The translations under genes were made by a program, and so were the position numbers. A stretch of 64,000 nucleotides of DNA from an uncultured Clostridia bacterium (GTDB lineage: Bacteria > Bacillota > Clostridia > Christensenellales > UBA1242), in contig CAKVMD010000005.1 in assembly GCA_934771475.1 (NCBI GenBank), forward strand, positions 1,328 through 65,327, read 5' to 3'. Below, one piece after another: positions 46,418 to 55,279 of this stretch. How positions within the stretch are numbered: position 1 is the first letter of the stretch; each line of letters opens with the position of its first letter. The notes below the pieces were generated by a model. The model was given only the letters and a program-made list of their open reading frames with translations, did not search any database and was not told the origin of the DNA.

Positions 46418-46792
46418 TTAAGCTTGGAATTCTGTGATACCGACATTGCGTTTCTTTCTTTCAAGTTCAATGGTGCTAGAAATTAAATCTCTTACCTTAT
46501 AAGGGTTTTTGATATTTCTTAAATGAAAAACAGGAGAGCTTACATCGTTTGATGTGATTTCGAGTGTGCCTGTCTTAAAAATTTTATCTCCCAAAGTTTG
46601 GCTCATAGAGACATCTTTGCATCTATAAACGTTTGTTTCGTCAATAACTGCGCTAAAAAAGCCTTTATGACGGAAAAATTTGACCCATTGTCCCTCTTTT
46701 TTAACAAGATAATAACGGGTAAAGGAAATAGGCATCCCCCAGTATCTTCTTCTATCATGCCAGATAACTTGGCAATCTTTATCAAATTTCAT
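46418..46792 (-). CDS. Bacterial PH-domain (bPH_2-like) protein, 124 aa, paralog 2
   Basis: It has the same length and architecture as the 45957-46331 product. ATG 46792 follows aaaggag, and the ORF-track start at 46837 has no RBS. Confidence 0.6.
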   Translation of the reverse strand: MKFDKDCQVIWHDRRRYWGMPISFTRYYLVKKEGQWVKFFRHKGFFSAVIDETNVYRCKDVSMSQTLGDKIFKTGTLEITSNDVSSPVFHLRNIKNPYKVRDLISSTIELERKKRNVGITEFQA

Positions 46793-46979
46793 ATGCACTC
46801 CTTTGTAAGGAAAAATTCTTTCAATTTTCTCTTGCATATATTTTATATTAAAATTGTCAGTTTGTAAAGAATTTTTTTGTTTTTTTAACTATTTTATTGT
46901 TTTTACAAGTTTTAGACTAATTGTTTGGCGAGAAAAAGCACAAAGAAAAAACAATTACAATCGCGAAACTCATGCACGC

Positions 46980-47011
46980 AAAAAAAGATAGGCATTGCGC
47001 CTATCTTTTTG
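46980..47011. terminator. Terminator after the small Cys/Gly-rich gene
   Basis: Stem agataggc/gcctatct (46986-93 / 46999-47006) flanked by A and T runs. Confidence 0.7.
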
Positions 47012-47032
47012 TCAAACAAGGTTCGTGCTGTC

Positions 47033-47233
47033 TTATTTGCAGCCACAGCCGTTGCCACATCCGCCACAAAGGAGCAAAATGAGAAGAAGGGTGCATAAAT
47101 CAATTCCGCAACCGCCATTTCCATTACCGCAGAGGCATTGAAGCAAAAGCAAGAGAACAATGATTGAGCAGCAATCACACCCGCCCGTAGTGAAACCGTT
47201 GCCACCACAAGTGTTATTGTTGAAAAAGTTCAT
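47033..47233 (-). CDS. Small Cys/Gly-rich hydrophobic protein (YjcZ-like tiny sporulation membrane protein, tentative)
   Basis: 66 aa. A strong RBS (taggaggaaacaa-ATG) precedes it. Two Leu-rich segments are flanked by CGG/GNG/CGC clusters, and a terminator lies just downstream. Confidence 0.6.
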   Translation of the reverse strand: MNFFNNNTCGGNGFTTGGCDCCSIIVLLLLLQCLCGNGNGGCGIDLCTLLLILLLCGGCGNGCGCK

Positions 47234-47518
47234 TTGTTTCCTCCTAAATCTTATGTAATTGAAAGCATTGCTTTCACACTAACATACTATTTCATTTTTC
47301 GCTTAAATGTTACAAAATAAGCCAAAAAGTTTTTACCCGCGGTTTTTTACAAGAATTTAAAGGATTGAAAATCGTCAAAAATAGACCTTTTTTGACAGCA
47401 TAAATCTTGCTTTAACTCAAACAATAACCTTGAAAAATATTAAACTTATCCGTAAAGAAAAATTCGACCTTTTCTTTTGATTTAAGCTCATGTTTTTCAT
47501 TTAATCTAGCGAATTTTG

Positions 47519-47547
47519 TTGACTTATAGACAAAAATAGTTTAGAAT
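47519..47547 (+). promoter_or_regulatory. Promoter of the 1380-aa surface protein gene
   Basis: TTGACT (47519-24), a 17-nt spacer, then TAGAAT (47542-47). Confidence 0.6.
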
Positions 47548-47590
47548 AGACTTGTTATAAAATAATTATCATTATGCGAGGTTTACAATT

Positions 47591-50500
47591 ATGACTAAAA
47601 CTAAATTAAAATCAAAGAAACTTGCAAAAGGAGTTGCTCTTGGTTTTGCTGCAATGCTTACAACCACTGCTTTGCCAGTAGGTGCAATGGTTGCTCTTGC
47701 AGAAGATTGGAAGGGTGCGACTCTTACCAATAGTACAAACAGAATTGCTGTTGGTGCTGAAAATGTATCAACTTCTTCTTATGTAACAAAGGGGGAAACT
47801 GTTACAATCCCACAAGGACTCTATTATGGAAAGAGCGCAACTGCTCACACAATAGGAAGCGCGGTAAGCGGAACTATCACAAAATCTAATGTGTTTGTTT
47901 CATACTCGGCAACTGGCGACAACATTGAAGTAAACGATGGTAAGTTCATTGCGGACAGAGTTGGTTCATACAAAATCACTTATGCGGTTGTGGACAATGG
48001 CGTTCTTTATACTTACGAACTTGATGTAGTTTGTGAGGCAAGTGATGCAGAATTTGAGTTCGCTTCAAACAGTGAACTTGTTGTGCCATCAGTTTATGAT
48101 GTAGCGATTGCAAACGGAAAAGACATTGTTCTTCCACTTCCAAAAGTTAATAACGAAGACGGAAAAGAAATCCTTTCAAGTGATGTGTCAAACTTTACAA
48201 CCTCAGTTAGTGCTCCACAAGGCAAAAACTCATTTGTTGTTGTATCAATCACAAATGGTAGCGATGACCTTCAAGTTGAAGAAATTAAAGATGCAAACGA
48301 AAATGTAACTGGATTTGCTGTAAAGGGCGAAAATATCACAAGCGACCTTAAAGGCAAAGAATATACTATTGCTTATGACTATTATGAAGTTAAAGATAGC
48401 AAAAACATTTTTGTTGCCTCTACAACAAAAACATTCACAGTTAGAGACGGATACTATCGCAAATCTTCAAAAGAAAATGCTGAAAAGGGTTATGACCTTG
48501 TTGCTACTTTGTCAACTAAGCCAGACAGTGCAGTTGTGGGCGTAGAAAAAACTCTTCCTACAATTTCTGCTAAAACTAAGGCTGAAAACACGCCTTCTGG
48601 TGAAAGCGTAGAAATTTACTATACTTTAAAGGTTTACACAAAGGACGCAAATGGCGCTTACAAGACTGATGTTACTGAAAGCGTTATCACAGAGGATGGC
48701 AAATTCAAAGCAAACGCGGAAGGGGATTACCTCTTTGAATACATCGCACATGACTTCTATGGCAACACAAACGAGGACAGCAAAGCAACTACAACTTTCA
48801 CTATCACAAAAGTGAAAGATACAAAAGAGCCAGATGTTTATATGTATGATGCAGGCGCTCGCACCGAAGAAGAAAAGACTGCCGGAACATACCGTAGCGC
48901 AGAAACTGCTCTTAAAAGCCAAACAACAAACAGAAATATTGTTATGTATGCTGTTGGTGGGGTTGATAATATGCCAACAAACACTCTTACCCTTCGTAGA
49001 GAAATTTGGGATGGCTCTTACATTAAGAGATATGTTATTAAAGAGCAAGCATACAATGATTACAACTTAATCTTTGCGCCAACTGCTGGAACTGGAACTG
49101 ATGTTTATAGTCAAATAGTTGCAGATAACTACGAGATTTATAGACAAATGATTGTTGACGGGAAAAACACTGAGGACACCGCAACTATCAAAACATGGCT
49201 TAAAGAACACAACTATCTTCTTGTAACTAACACCTTTAATAAAGATGTTGAAGGAAATGATATTGTTGATAATATGGACTCACGCGCAGAAGGTGCTGTT
49301 CAAAAACTCCTTAATGGCGAAGAAGTAGACGCAGACCTTAAACAAATCGCAGAAGATGCAGTTAAGAATATGCTTAACGCTGGTTATGCATATATTAAGC
49401 CTGTAACCAAGGATTATGCATTTTCAAAAAATGATACTTATACTTTCTATTTCTATGCTAACGACAATATTAACAACAATAAGGAAGGACAAATATCTTA
49501 CAGCGTAAAACTTTCAGAAGATTTCACTGATGAGTCAGCACCAACATTGACTTTCCCAACAGACCTTCAATCATCTTATCTTCCAAACGACACTATCACA
49601 TTCAAAACAATTAATTCTTCTAATGTGGCAGACAATGGAGTAGATAAGTATCCTGTTGTTGGAACTGCTTATAGATACCTTAAAAATTCTTTATCTGGCA
49701 GAGTTGCGGTTGCAAGCGAAGACACAACTGATACTCTCACTTATGTTGCAAAAGGTAAAACAGCATCAAAAGACGAAAACAAATATTACTATGCAAATAG
49801 AGATGCAAATGGTCTCTTCTCTATGGAAGGCTGGCACATTGACAATGAAGCAACATCTTACAAGATTGATCTTTCAAAGCGTCCAAGTGAGGCTCAATAT
49901 GTAGAAATCCTTGCTTACGCCATTGATGACTTTGGCAACATTGGATTCTACAACAAGGTTATAAGAATTGCATCAACTGACACTGCACTTCCTGAACTTA
50001 AAGTTGTTGCCAATGCACCAACTGGAACAGTTTATCAAGCGCCAGAAACAATTAACCTTCCAACTCTTCAATATAGTGATGACAGAGTAGAAGGAATGCA
50101 CGCTCGCGTTGACCTTTACAGAATCACAAGAAATGAAGAAAACGAAGAAACTTCAAGACAAAAATTGGCAACGAGTGATATGACAACATACTATGACACA
50201 ACAAGAGGCGTGTTCACTGTTGACGCAGGTTCATTTAATGCTTCAAGCGCCGGTGAATATCAAGTTGTTGTTACAGTTATCGACTCTGCAAATCATACTC
50301 TTTCAACCTACTTTAACTATAATGTTACAGGTGCAACCGTTGTTGAAGAGCCAGAAATTTCAAATGTCTCAACTGAAACAAAAGAACTTGAACTTGGAAA
50401 ATCTTTGTATCTTCCAGCTCCAACTCTTTCAGTTAGCGAGTCAAGTGAATATGGCTATATCGGACTTGGGGACGAAGATGATTCTAACAATGCAACATAC

Positions 50501-51733
50501 TACTTCCCACAAGTTATCTCAGCAACAAGCAGTGATTATGACCTTGATGGACAATATTTCACTGGAAACACAAAGGGAACATACAAACTTCAATACAATG
50601 TGTTCTTGCTTCGTTACAGCAAGGCAGAGGCAAACTTTGCAGAAACTGCAACTGACAACAAACTCTCTCTTGATGCCAACGGAAAACTCGTGTTTACAAC
50701 AGGTGGCGTAAACTACTATGTTTATATTGCTAAGACTGATAATGAATTTGTTCTCCATGCAAATACTCAGTTAGATGGAACAGGTGAAGACCTTGCAGAT
50801 AGCACAAGACTTAGCCAAATCGTTAAGACTTTTGCTCTTAAATCAAAGACTATCACAATTTCAGTTAAAGATGTTGTCATTGATGTAACAATGCCAAACA
50901 ACGCTTATGCTAAAACTGACTATCCAACGGTTGGAGGAAGTATTGAAATCGTTAAACCTGAGGTTGTAGTTGGTGGTTCATATTCCGTAAACAAGAAAGA
51001 TTCATTAGTTACAATCACTTATTCTTCAAACTCTTCTAGCAGTGAAACTCTTGCTAAAATAAGTCTAGAAAAATGGGAAAAGGCTATTGAGTCAACAAAC
51101 GCTAACTTTACCGTAAATGGTTCTAAAATCAGCCTTAATCTTTCTAAAAATGGTCAATATAAGATTGCTTACTCAATTCAAGCACAAAATGCTTATGGCG
51201 AAAATGTTGGCGATCCAAAAGAACTCTCATATACTATTAAGAGCGGTGATAATACTAAACCTACTCTTGAAGTTAAGTCAGGCAAAATCGCAACAGACTT
51301 TGCTTTGGGCGATACTATGACGATTGAATTTACTGGTGCAACTGCACAAGACATTTTCAATTTGGAAGACAACAAGACTGGTCTTGAAGAACTCCTTAAA
51401 ACCTTAAAAGTAACTTTGAAAGGACCAAGCAAGACTGAAACCTTAGACAATAAGGCAGAGGGAGATAATCAGTATAAATACACTTGCAGTTTTGAAGAGG
51501 CTGGTGATTATACTCTTACTTTCCAAGTTACAGATGAAGCGGGCAATTTAAGTGCTCCTGAAAAGATTTCATTCACAGTAAAAGCAAAAGAAACTAAACC
51601 TGTAAATGTAAAAAATGTAATGGGTGGTGTTCTTATTGGCGTATCCGTAGCACTTCTTGGAGGAGTTGTAATTTACTTCATTGTAAGCAAAGTTAAACTC
51701 GATAAGAAAGAACGCTCATATAAGAAGAGATAA
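47591..51733 (+). CDS. Large secreted, C-terminally membrane-anchored surface protein (1380 aa, beta-rich repetitive domains)
   Basis: It has an N-terminal signal peptide (KKLAKGVALGFAAMLTTTALPVGAMVALAEDW) and a single C-terminal TM plus basic tail (VMGGVLIGVSVALLGGVVIYFIVSKVKLDKKERSYKKR). There is no LPXTG. Repeated motifs of the type ...G.Y...Y.A.D..GN... are consistent with Ig-like modules. Confidence 0.8.
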   Translation: MTKTKLKSKKLAKGVALGFAAMLTTTALPVGAMVALAEDWKGATLTNSTNRIAVGAENVSTSSYVTKGETVTIPQGLYYGKSATAHTIGSAVSGTITKSNVFVSYSATGDNIEVNDGKFIADRVGSYKITYAVVDNGVLYTYELDVVCEASDAEFEFASNSELVVPSVYDVAIANGKDIVLPLPKVNNEDGKEILSSDVSNFTTSVSAPQGKNSFVVVSITNGSDDLQVEEIKDANENVTGFAVKGENITSDLKGKEYTIAYDYYEVKDSKNIFVASTTKTFTVRDGYYRKSSKENAEKGYDLVATLSTKPDSAVVGVEKTLPTISAKTKAENTPSGESVEIYYTLKVYTKDANGAYKTDVTESVITEDGKFKANAEGDYLFEYIAHDFYGNTNEDSKATTTFTITKVKDTKEPDVYMYDAGARTEEEKTAGTYRSAETALKSQTTNRNIVMYAVGGVDNMPTNTLTLRREIWDGSYIKRYVIKEQAYNDYNLIFAPTAGTGTDVYSQIVADNYEIYRQMIVDGKNTEDTATIKTWLKEHNYLLVTNTFNKDVEGNDIVDNMDSRAEGAVQKLLNGEEVDADLKQIAEDAVKNMLNAGYAYIKPVTKDYAFSKNDTYTFYFYANDNINNNKEGQISYSVKLSEDFTDESAPTLTFPTDLQSSYLPNDTITFKTINSSNVADNGVDKYPVVGTAYRYLKNSLSGRVAVASEDTTDTLTYVAKGKTASKDENKYYYANRDANGLFSMEGWHIDNEATSYKIDLSKRPSEAQYVEILAYAIDDFGNIGFYNKVIRIASTDTALPELKVVANAPTGTVYQAPETINLPTLQYSDDRVEGMHARVDLYRITRNEENEETSRQKLATSDMTTYYDTTRGVFTVDAGSFNASSAGEYQVVVTVIDSANHTLSTYFNYNVTGATVVEEPEISNVSTETKELELGKSLYLPAPTLSVSESSEYGYIGLGDEDDSNNATYYFPQVISATSSDYDLDGQYFTGNTKGTYKLQYNVFLLRYSKAEANFAETATDNKLSLDANGKLVFTTGGVNYYVYIAKTDNEFVLHANTQLDGTGEDLADSTRLSQIVKTFALKSKTITISVKDVVIDVTMPNNAYAKTDYPTVGGSIEIVKPEVVVGGSYSVNKKDSLVTITYSSNSSSSETLAKISLEKWEKAIESTNANFTVNGSKISLNLSKNGQYKIAYSIQAQNAYGENVGDPKELSYTIKSGDNTKPTLEVKSGKIATDFALGDTMTIEFTGATAQDIFNLEDNKTGLEELLKTLKVTLKGPSKTETLDNKAEGDNQYKYTCSFEEAGDYTLTFQVTDEAGNLSAPEKISFTVKAKETKPVNVKNVMGGVLIGVSVALLGGVVIYFIVSKVKLDKKERSYKKR

Positions 51734-51826
51734 ATCTCATTAAGAATTTAATAAAAAGAGCCTAAGCTTGAAAAGTCCCACTTTATGGGTCTTTCCAAAC
51801 ATGACTCTTTTTTATTCAAGATAATC

Positions 51827-52005
51827 TATGTACAACGAACACTATGTACAACGGATACTATGTACGCCGACATTTTTGTACAACGATATTCTATGCACGC
51901 CGATGTGCTTGCGCAACGATAATCTTTGTACATTATTATTCTTGTTTAACGCATTCCAGGCACAACGGAACTGAGAATCATTGCTCACCGAATTCTATGG
52001 GCAAC
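51827..52005. repeat. Array of about 10 degenerate 16-17-bp tandem repeats (consensus tATGTACAACGAnAnn)
   Basis: Copies start at 51827, 51843, 51859, 51875, 51892, 51908 and 51925, then decay at 51942, 51958 and 51994. The array lies in the convergent intergenic region. Confidence 0.8.
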
Positions 52006-52035
52006 AAAAAAGACAGGTTAAATCCTGTCTTTTTG
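52006..52035. terminator. Bidirectional terminator between convergent genes
   Basis: Stem aagacagg/cctgtctt (52010-17 / 52024-31) flanked by A and T runs. Confidence 0.75.
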
Positions 52036-52162
52036 CTTAATTTTGTAAGTAATTGTGAGCAAAACCTATCTTTTCTCATAAGTTTTCTTTATAAATTTGT
52101 TGTTATTTTGCCTTAGAAGTTTGTTTTACTCATTTTTTCTAAATGCGATTTAAAAACTCAAT

Positions 52163-52735
52163 TTAGAATGCTGTGTTAGAAAGTTTAATGTTGAAAGAGA
52201 AGTTTCCACTTACTGACTTTTCAAGGTCTGTTACTTTCATAGTTATGACAAGAGATTTTGTTGTTTCTTTTTCAACTGTGAAAGTTGTGTTTGTTTCAGT
52301 TCCAACTTTGTAATTATAAGTTATGTTGTCGATTGTGCTAAGATTGTCTGAATATTGAACATACATTGGGTTTTCTGTGCTCTTATTTTGGAAAGTGATA
52401 GTGAATACGATTTCAGTATTGTTTACAAATGTGAAATCAATGTTTTGCCAAGATTCAGGTGTAACTGAACTTTCTGATGAAGCTGAGTCAAAGTTAAGAG
52501 CTGCAAATGTGTGTCCCGTTTTGGCACCAGTGATTGAACCTGTAACCTGAGCGTAAACATTTGTTGCATCATAAGTGAAAGTTCCGCCTCCGCTAACATT
52601 TAAGAGTGAAAGTGCGAATGCCACAGCAATGGCAGAAAAACCAGCCAAAATCATGAAAGCAACCGAGAAAGTTGCAAGTGCCTTTGAGCGTCTTGGACTT
52701 TTTCTATCTTCTATTTCTCTATCATAAAATTTCAT
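52163..52735 (-). CDS. TasA/camelysin-like protein with a SipW-type signal peptide (tentative)
   Basis: ATG 52735 follows caaaggaggaaata. The N-terminal anchor is followed by ...LSLLNVSGGGTFTYDA, resembling the (A/V)GGGT(F/Y)A(Y/F)F(S/T)D SipW-cognate motif. The remainder is beta-rich. Confidence 0.5.
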   Translation of the reverse strand: MKFYDREIEDRKSPRRSKALATFSVAFMILAGFSAIAVAFALSLLNVSGGGTFTYDATNVYAQVTGSITGAKTGHTFAALNFDSASSESSVTPESWQNIDFTFVNNTEIVFTITFQNKSTENPMYVQYSDNLSTIDNITYNYKVGTETNTTFTVEKETTKSLVITMKVTDLEKSVSGNFSFNIKLSNTAF

Positions 52736-53034
52736 TATTTCCTCCTTTGCGGGCATAACGCCTTATCTTGACTTTATTATACATTTTTAGATAAAATGTG
52801 TCAACAAATACAAGGCTGTGAAATTATTTTTTTAAAAATTTTTAATTTTTTCTCAGTTTAGTTTGTGTAATTTAAGTGAAAATATCCATTTTTATGAGAG
52901 AGCGCTTTTGTCGCAAATAAAACGTGGTGTAGAATTTTATATCTTGCTTAATTGCTTTGCAAGGGATCCAATTTTTGAACCAATAATGGAGGCTGATTTC
53001 GCGTTAAAGGAAACAATCGACCTGTAAAAATTAC

Positions 53035-53063
53035 TTGACAAATGCCTTTATTTATGCTATATT
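53035..53063 (+). promoter_or_regulatory. Promoter of the rplU-prp-rpmA operon
   Basis: TTGACA (53035-40), a 17-nt spacer, then TGcTATATT (53055-63). An 85-nt leader follows and may correspond to an L21-type leader, which I could not verify. Confidence 0.6.
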
Positions 53064-53148
53064 TATAAGCGTATCCGCATGGGAAAGGTTTTGAAGATTA
53101 CTTTTGTAACACCTGAGCCAGCGAGTTTGGATAGAGGAGGTATAAAAA

Positions 53149-53457
53149 ATGTTCGCAGTAGTACAAACTGGTGGCAAACAATACAAGGTTAGCGAAAACG
53201 ATGTTATCACAGTTGAAAAACTTGAAAACGAAGTTGGAGATAAAATCAATCTTGAAGTTTTGCTTGTAAGTGATAATGGAACAGTTGTTGCTGGAAACCC
53301 TGTCGTTGCTGGTGCTGTATGTGAAGCAGAAGTTGTTGCTCACGGAAAAGGCGATAAAATCGTCGTTTTCAAATATAAACCAAAGAAGAACGAAAGAAAA
53401 AAACAAGGGCACAGACAACCATTCACTCAATTAAGAATTTTATCAATTAAAAAGTAA
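53149..53457 (+). CDS. rplU: 50S ribosomal protein L21
   Basis: [14 protein letters not shown]...[11 protein letters not shown]. Confidence 0.97.
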   Translation: MFAVVQTGGKQYKVSENDVITVEKLENEVGDKINLEVLLVSDNGTVVAGNPVVAGAVCEAEVVAHGKGDKIVVFKYKPKKNERKKQGHRQPFTQLRILSIKK

Positions 53458-53465
53458 GGTTTAAA

Positions 53466-53795
53466 ATGACAAATATTACTTTTTACAAAAAAAATGGAAT
53501 CGTTTTAGGATTTGAAATCTCTGGACATACCGGTAAGGATGACTATGGCAAAGACTTACTTTGCTGTCAAATTTCCACAATCGCTCAACTTGCTGTTGTT
53601 GGAATAGATGAAGTAAAAAAAGTCGCAAATTTTCATGAAATAAGTGATGGATATTTAAAAATTCTTCTCAATGAAAAGGACGCTGAGTCCAAAGATGTTC
53701 AACTCCTTTTTGAAAGTTGTTTGCAATCGTTAAAATCAATTATTGCAGACGAAAAGAAATATGCAAAATTGGAGGTAAAAAATGTTAAAGTTTAA
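53466..53795 (+). CDS. prp: Ribosomal-processing cysteine protease Prp (YsxB family)
   Basis: Contains the GHTG....G.D..C..IS motif and sits between rplU and rpmA. Confidence 0.85.
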   Translation: MTNITFYKKNGIVLGFEISGHTGKDDYGKDLLCCQISTIAQLAVVGIDEVKKVANFHEISDGYLKILLNEKDAESKDVQLLFESCLQSLKSIIADEKKYAKLEVKNVKV

Positions 53796-54057
53796 TGCTC
53801 AACTTTTTGCTCACAAGAAGGGTGGTGGTAGCACTAAAAACGGTCGTGATTCTCAAAGTAAGCGCCTTGGCGTTAAAGCTTATGGTGGCGAGACTGTAAC
53901 TGCTGGAAGCATCATTGTAAGACAAAAAGGAACAAAGATTTACCCAGGAAAAAATGTTGGAATGGGTAAAGATTATACTTTATTTGCACTTGTTGATGGA
54001 GTTGTTAAATTCGGTCAAAGCAACGCAAAGAAAGTTGTATCAGTAGTAACTGAATAA
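53782..54057 (+). CDS. rpmA: 50S ribosomal protein L27 with an N-terminal propeptide
   Basis: [24 protein letters not shown].... The Prp cleavage context F-A|H-K-K-G is present. Confidence 0.97.
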   Translation: MLKFNAQLFAHKKGGGSTKNGRDSQSKRLGVKAYGGETVTAGSIIVRQKGTKIYPGKNVGMGKDYTLFALVDGVVKFGQSNAKKVVSVVTE

Positions 54058-54065
54058 TAATTTTA

Positions 54066-54090
54066 AGCGAGGGTAAGCCCTCGCTTTTTG
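54066..54090 (+). terminator. Intrinsic terminator after rpmA
   Basis: Stem agcgaggg/ccctcgct with loop taag, then a T-run. Confidence 0.85.
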
Positions 54091-54280
54091 TTTGGCATTT
54101 TAAGGCGGGGCTAAAACCAAGAAAGGGTCTTTTTAAAATAAATAAGCCAAGCACTTTTAAAAAGAAATAAAAGGTTAAAATTAAAAAAGGTTTTTGTTTA
54201 AATGAACAAAAATAGCATAATTATATGATAAATTTAATGAATAAATTGTTTAATCTGCCAAGGTGTGCTAAAATAGTTGT

Positions 54281-55111
54281 ATGAAAATATACGAGCAAGG
54301 AAAAGATTTTATAAAGATTTTAGACCCATCTTCATTTAATATTGAGCATATTTTGGAATGTGGACAAGTTTTTTGTTTTGATAAGGTGGACGGGCATTAT
54401 GTGGTTTTTCCTCAAAACAAATATGCTGAAATATTTTTTGAAAATGGGCAATATCTGTTAAAAACGAGCACGCCCGACTTTTTTATCCAATGGTTTGACC
54501 TTGATAAAGACTACGGAGAAATTAAGAAAGCCCTTAATAAATTCCCTATTATGTCAAAGCCAATTAAATTTGGATATGGAATAAGGATATTAAATCAAAA
54601 CCTTTTTGAAACTTTAATATCCTTTATAATTTCAGCAAACAACAACATAAAAAGAATAAAGAGTATTCTGTTAAAGCTTCGAGAAGCACTTGGAGAAAAG
54701 ACCTCAAATGGTTATGCTTTCCCTTCCCGCGAAAAAATGCTTGAAAAGGATGAAGCGTTTTATAAAAATCTAGGGGTGGGATATAGAGCGTCATATATCG
54801 TCAAGGTTTTGAGACAAGTCGACGAAAAAATACTTGAAGAGTGGCGCGGGCTGGATACAGGAGATTTAAGAAATCACCTGATTGCACTTGCCGGCGTTGG
54901 ACCAAAGGTTGCAGATTGTGTTTTGCTTTTTGGCTATCATAAGGGGGATGTTTTCCCAGTCGACACATGGATTGAACAGATGTACAACGAAAATTTTTCG
55001 CCACTTAAAAATCGTAATGAAATAAGAGACAATCTGACAAAAATGTTCGGCGGGCTGTCTGGTTATGCTCAACAATATTTATTTTACTATCAAAGGTCAT
55101 TTTTAGGTTAG
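54281..55111 (+). CDS. ogg: 8-oxoguanine DNA glycosylase/AP lyase (Ogg, HhH-GPD superfamily)
   Basis: HhH-GPD core LIALAGVGPKVADCVLLFG....VFPVDTW, plus an N-terminal OGG-like beta domain. The length is 276 aa. Confidence 0.75.
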   Translation: MKIYEQGKDFIKILDPSSFNIEHILECGQVFCFDKVDGHYVVFPQNKYAEIFFENGQYLLKTSTPDFFIQWFDLDKDYGEIKKALNKFPIMSKPIKFGYGIRILNQNLFETLISFIISANNNIKRIKSILLKLREALGEKTSNGYAFPSREKMLEKDEAFYKNLGVGYRASYIVKVLRQVDEKILEEWRGLDTGDLRNHLIALAGVGPKVADCVLLFGYHKGDVFPVDTWIEQMYNENFSPLKNRNEIRDNLTKMFGGLSGYAQQYLFYYQRSFLG

Positions 55112-55279
55112 TGGCCTTTTTTCGATTTTTGGGATAAAAAATCTAAAAAAATCAACTTTTTTCAATAAAAAAACTATTTTTTCGGGTTAATTTAGGCTAA
55201 AATTCAATTTATCAATAATTTTGACTATTTACAATCCTTCTATGTTGTGATATAATAAAAGGGTAAATTGGAGGTGAAA

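Noticed and set aside
51844-52116. 90-aa ORF (MYNGYYVRRHF...)
   Set aside because: It spans the 16-17-bp tandem repeat array and the bidirectional terminator. The repeat period is not a multiple of 3 and there is no RBS. I interpret it as non-coding repeat DNA.
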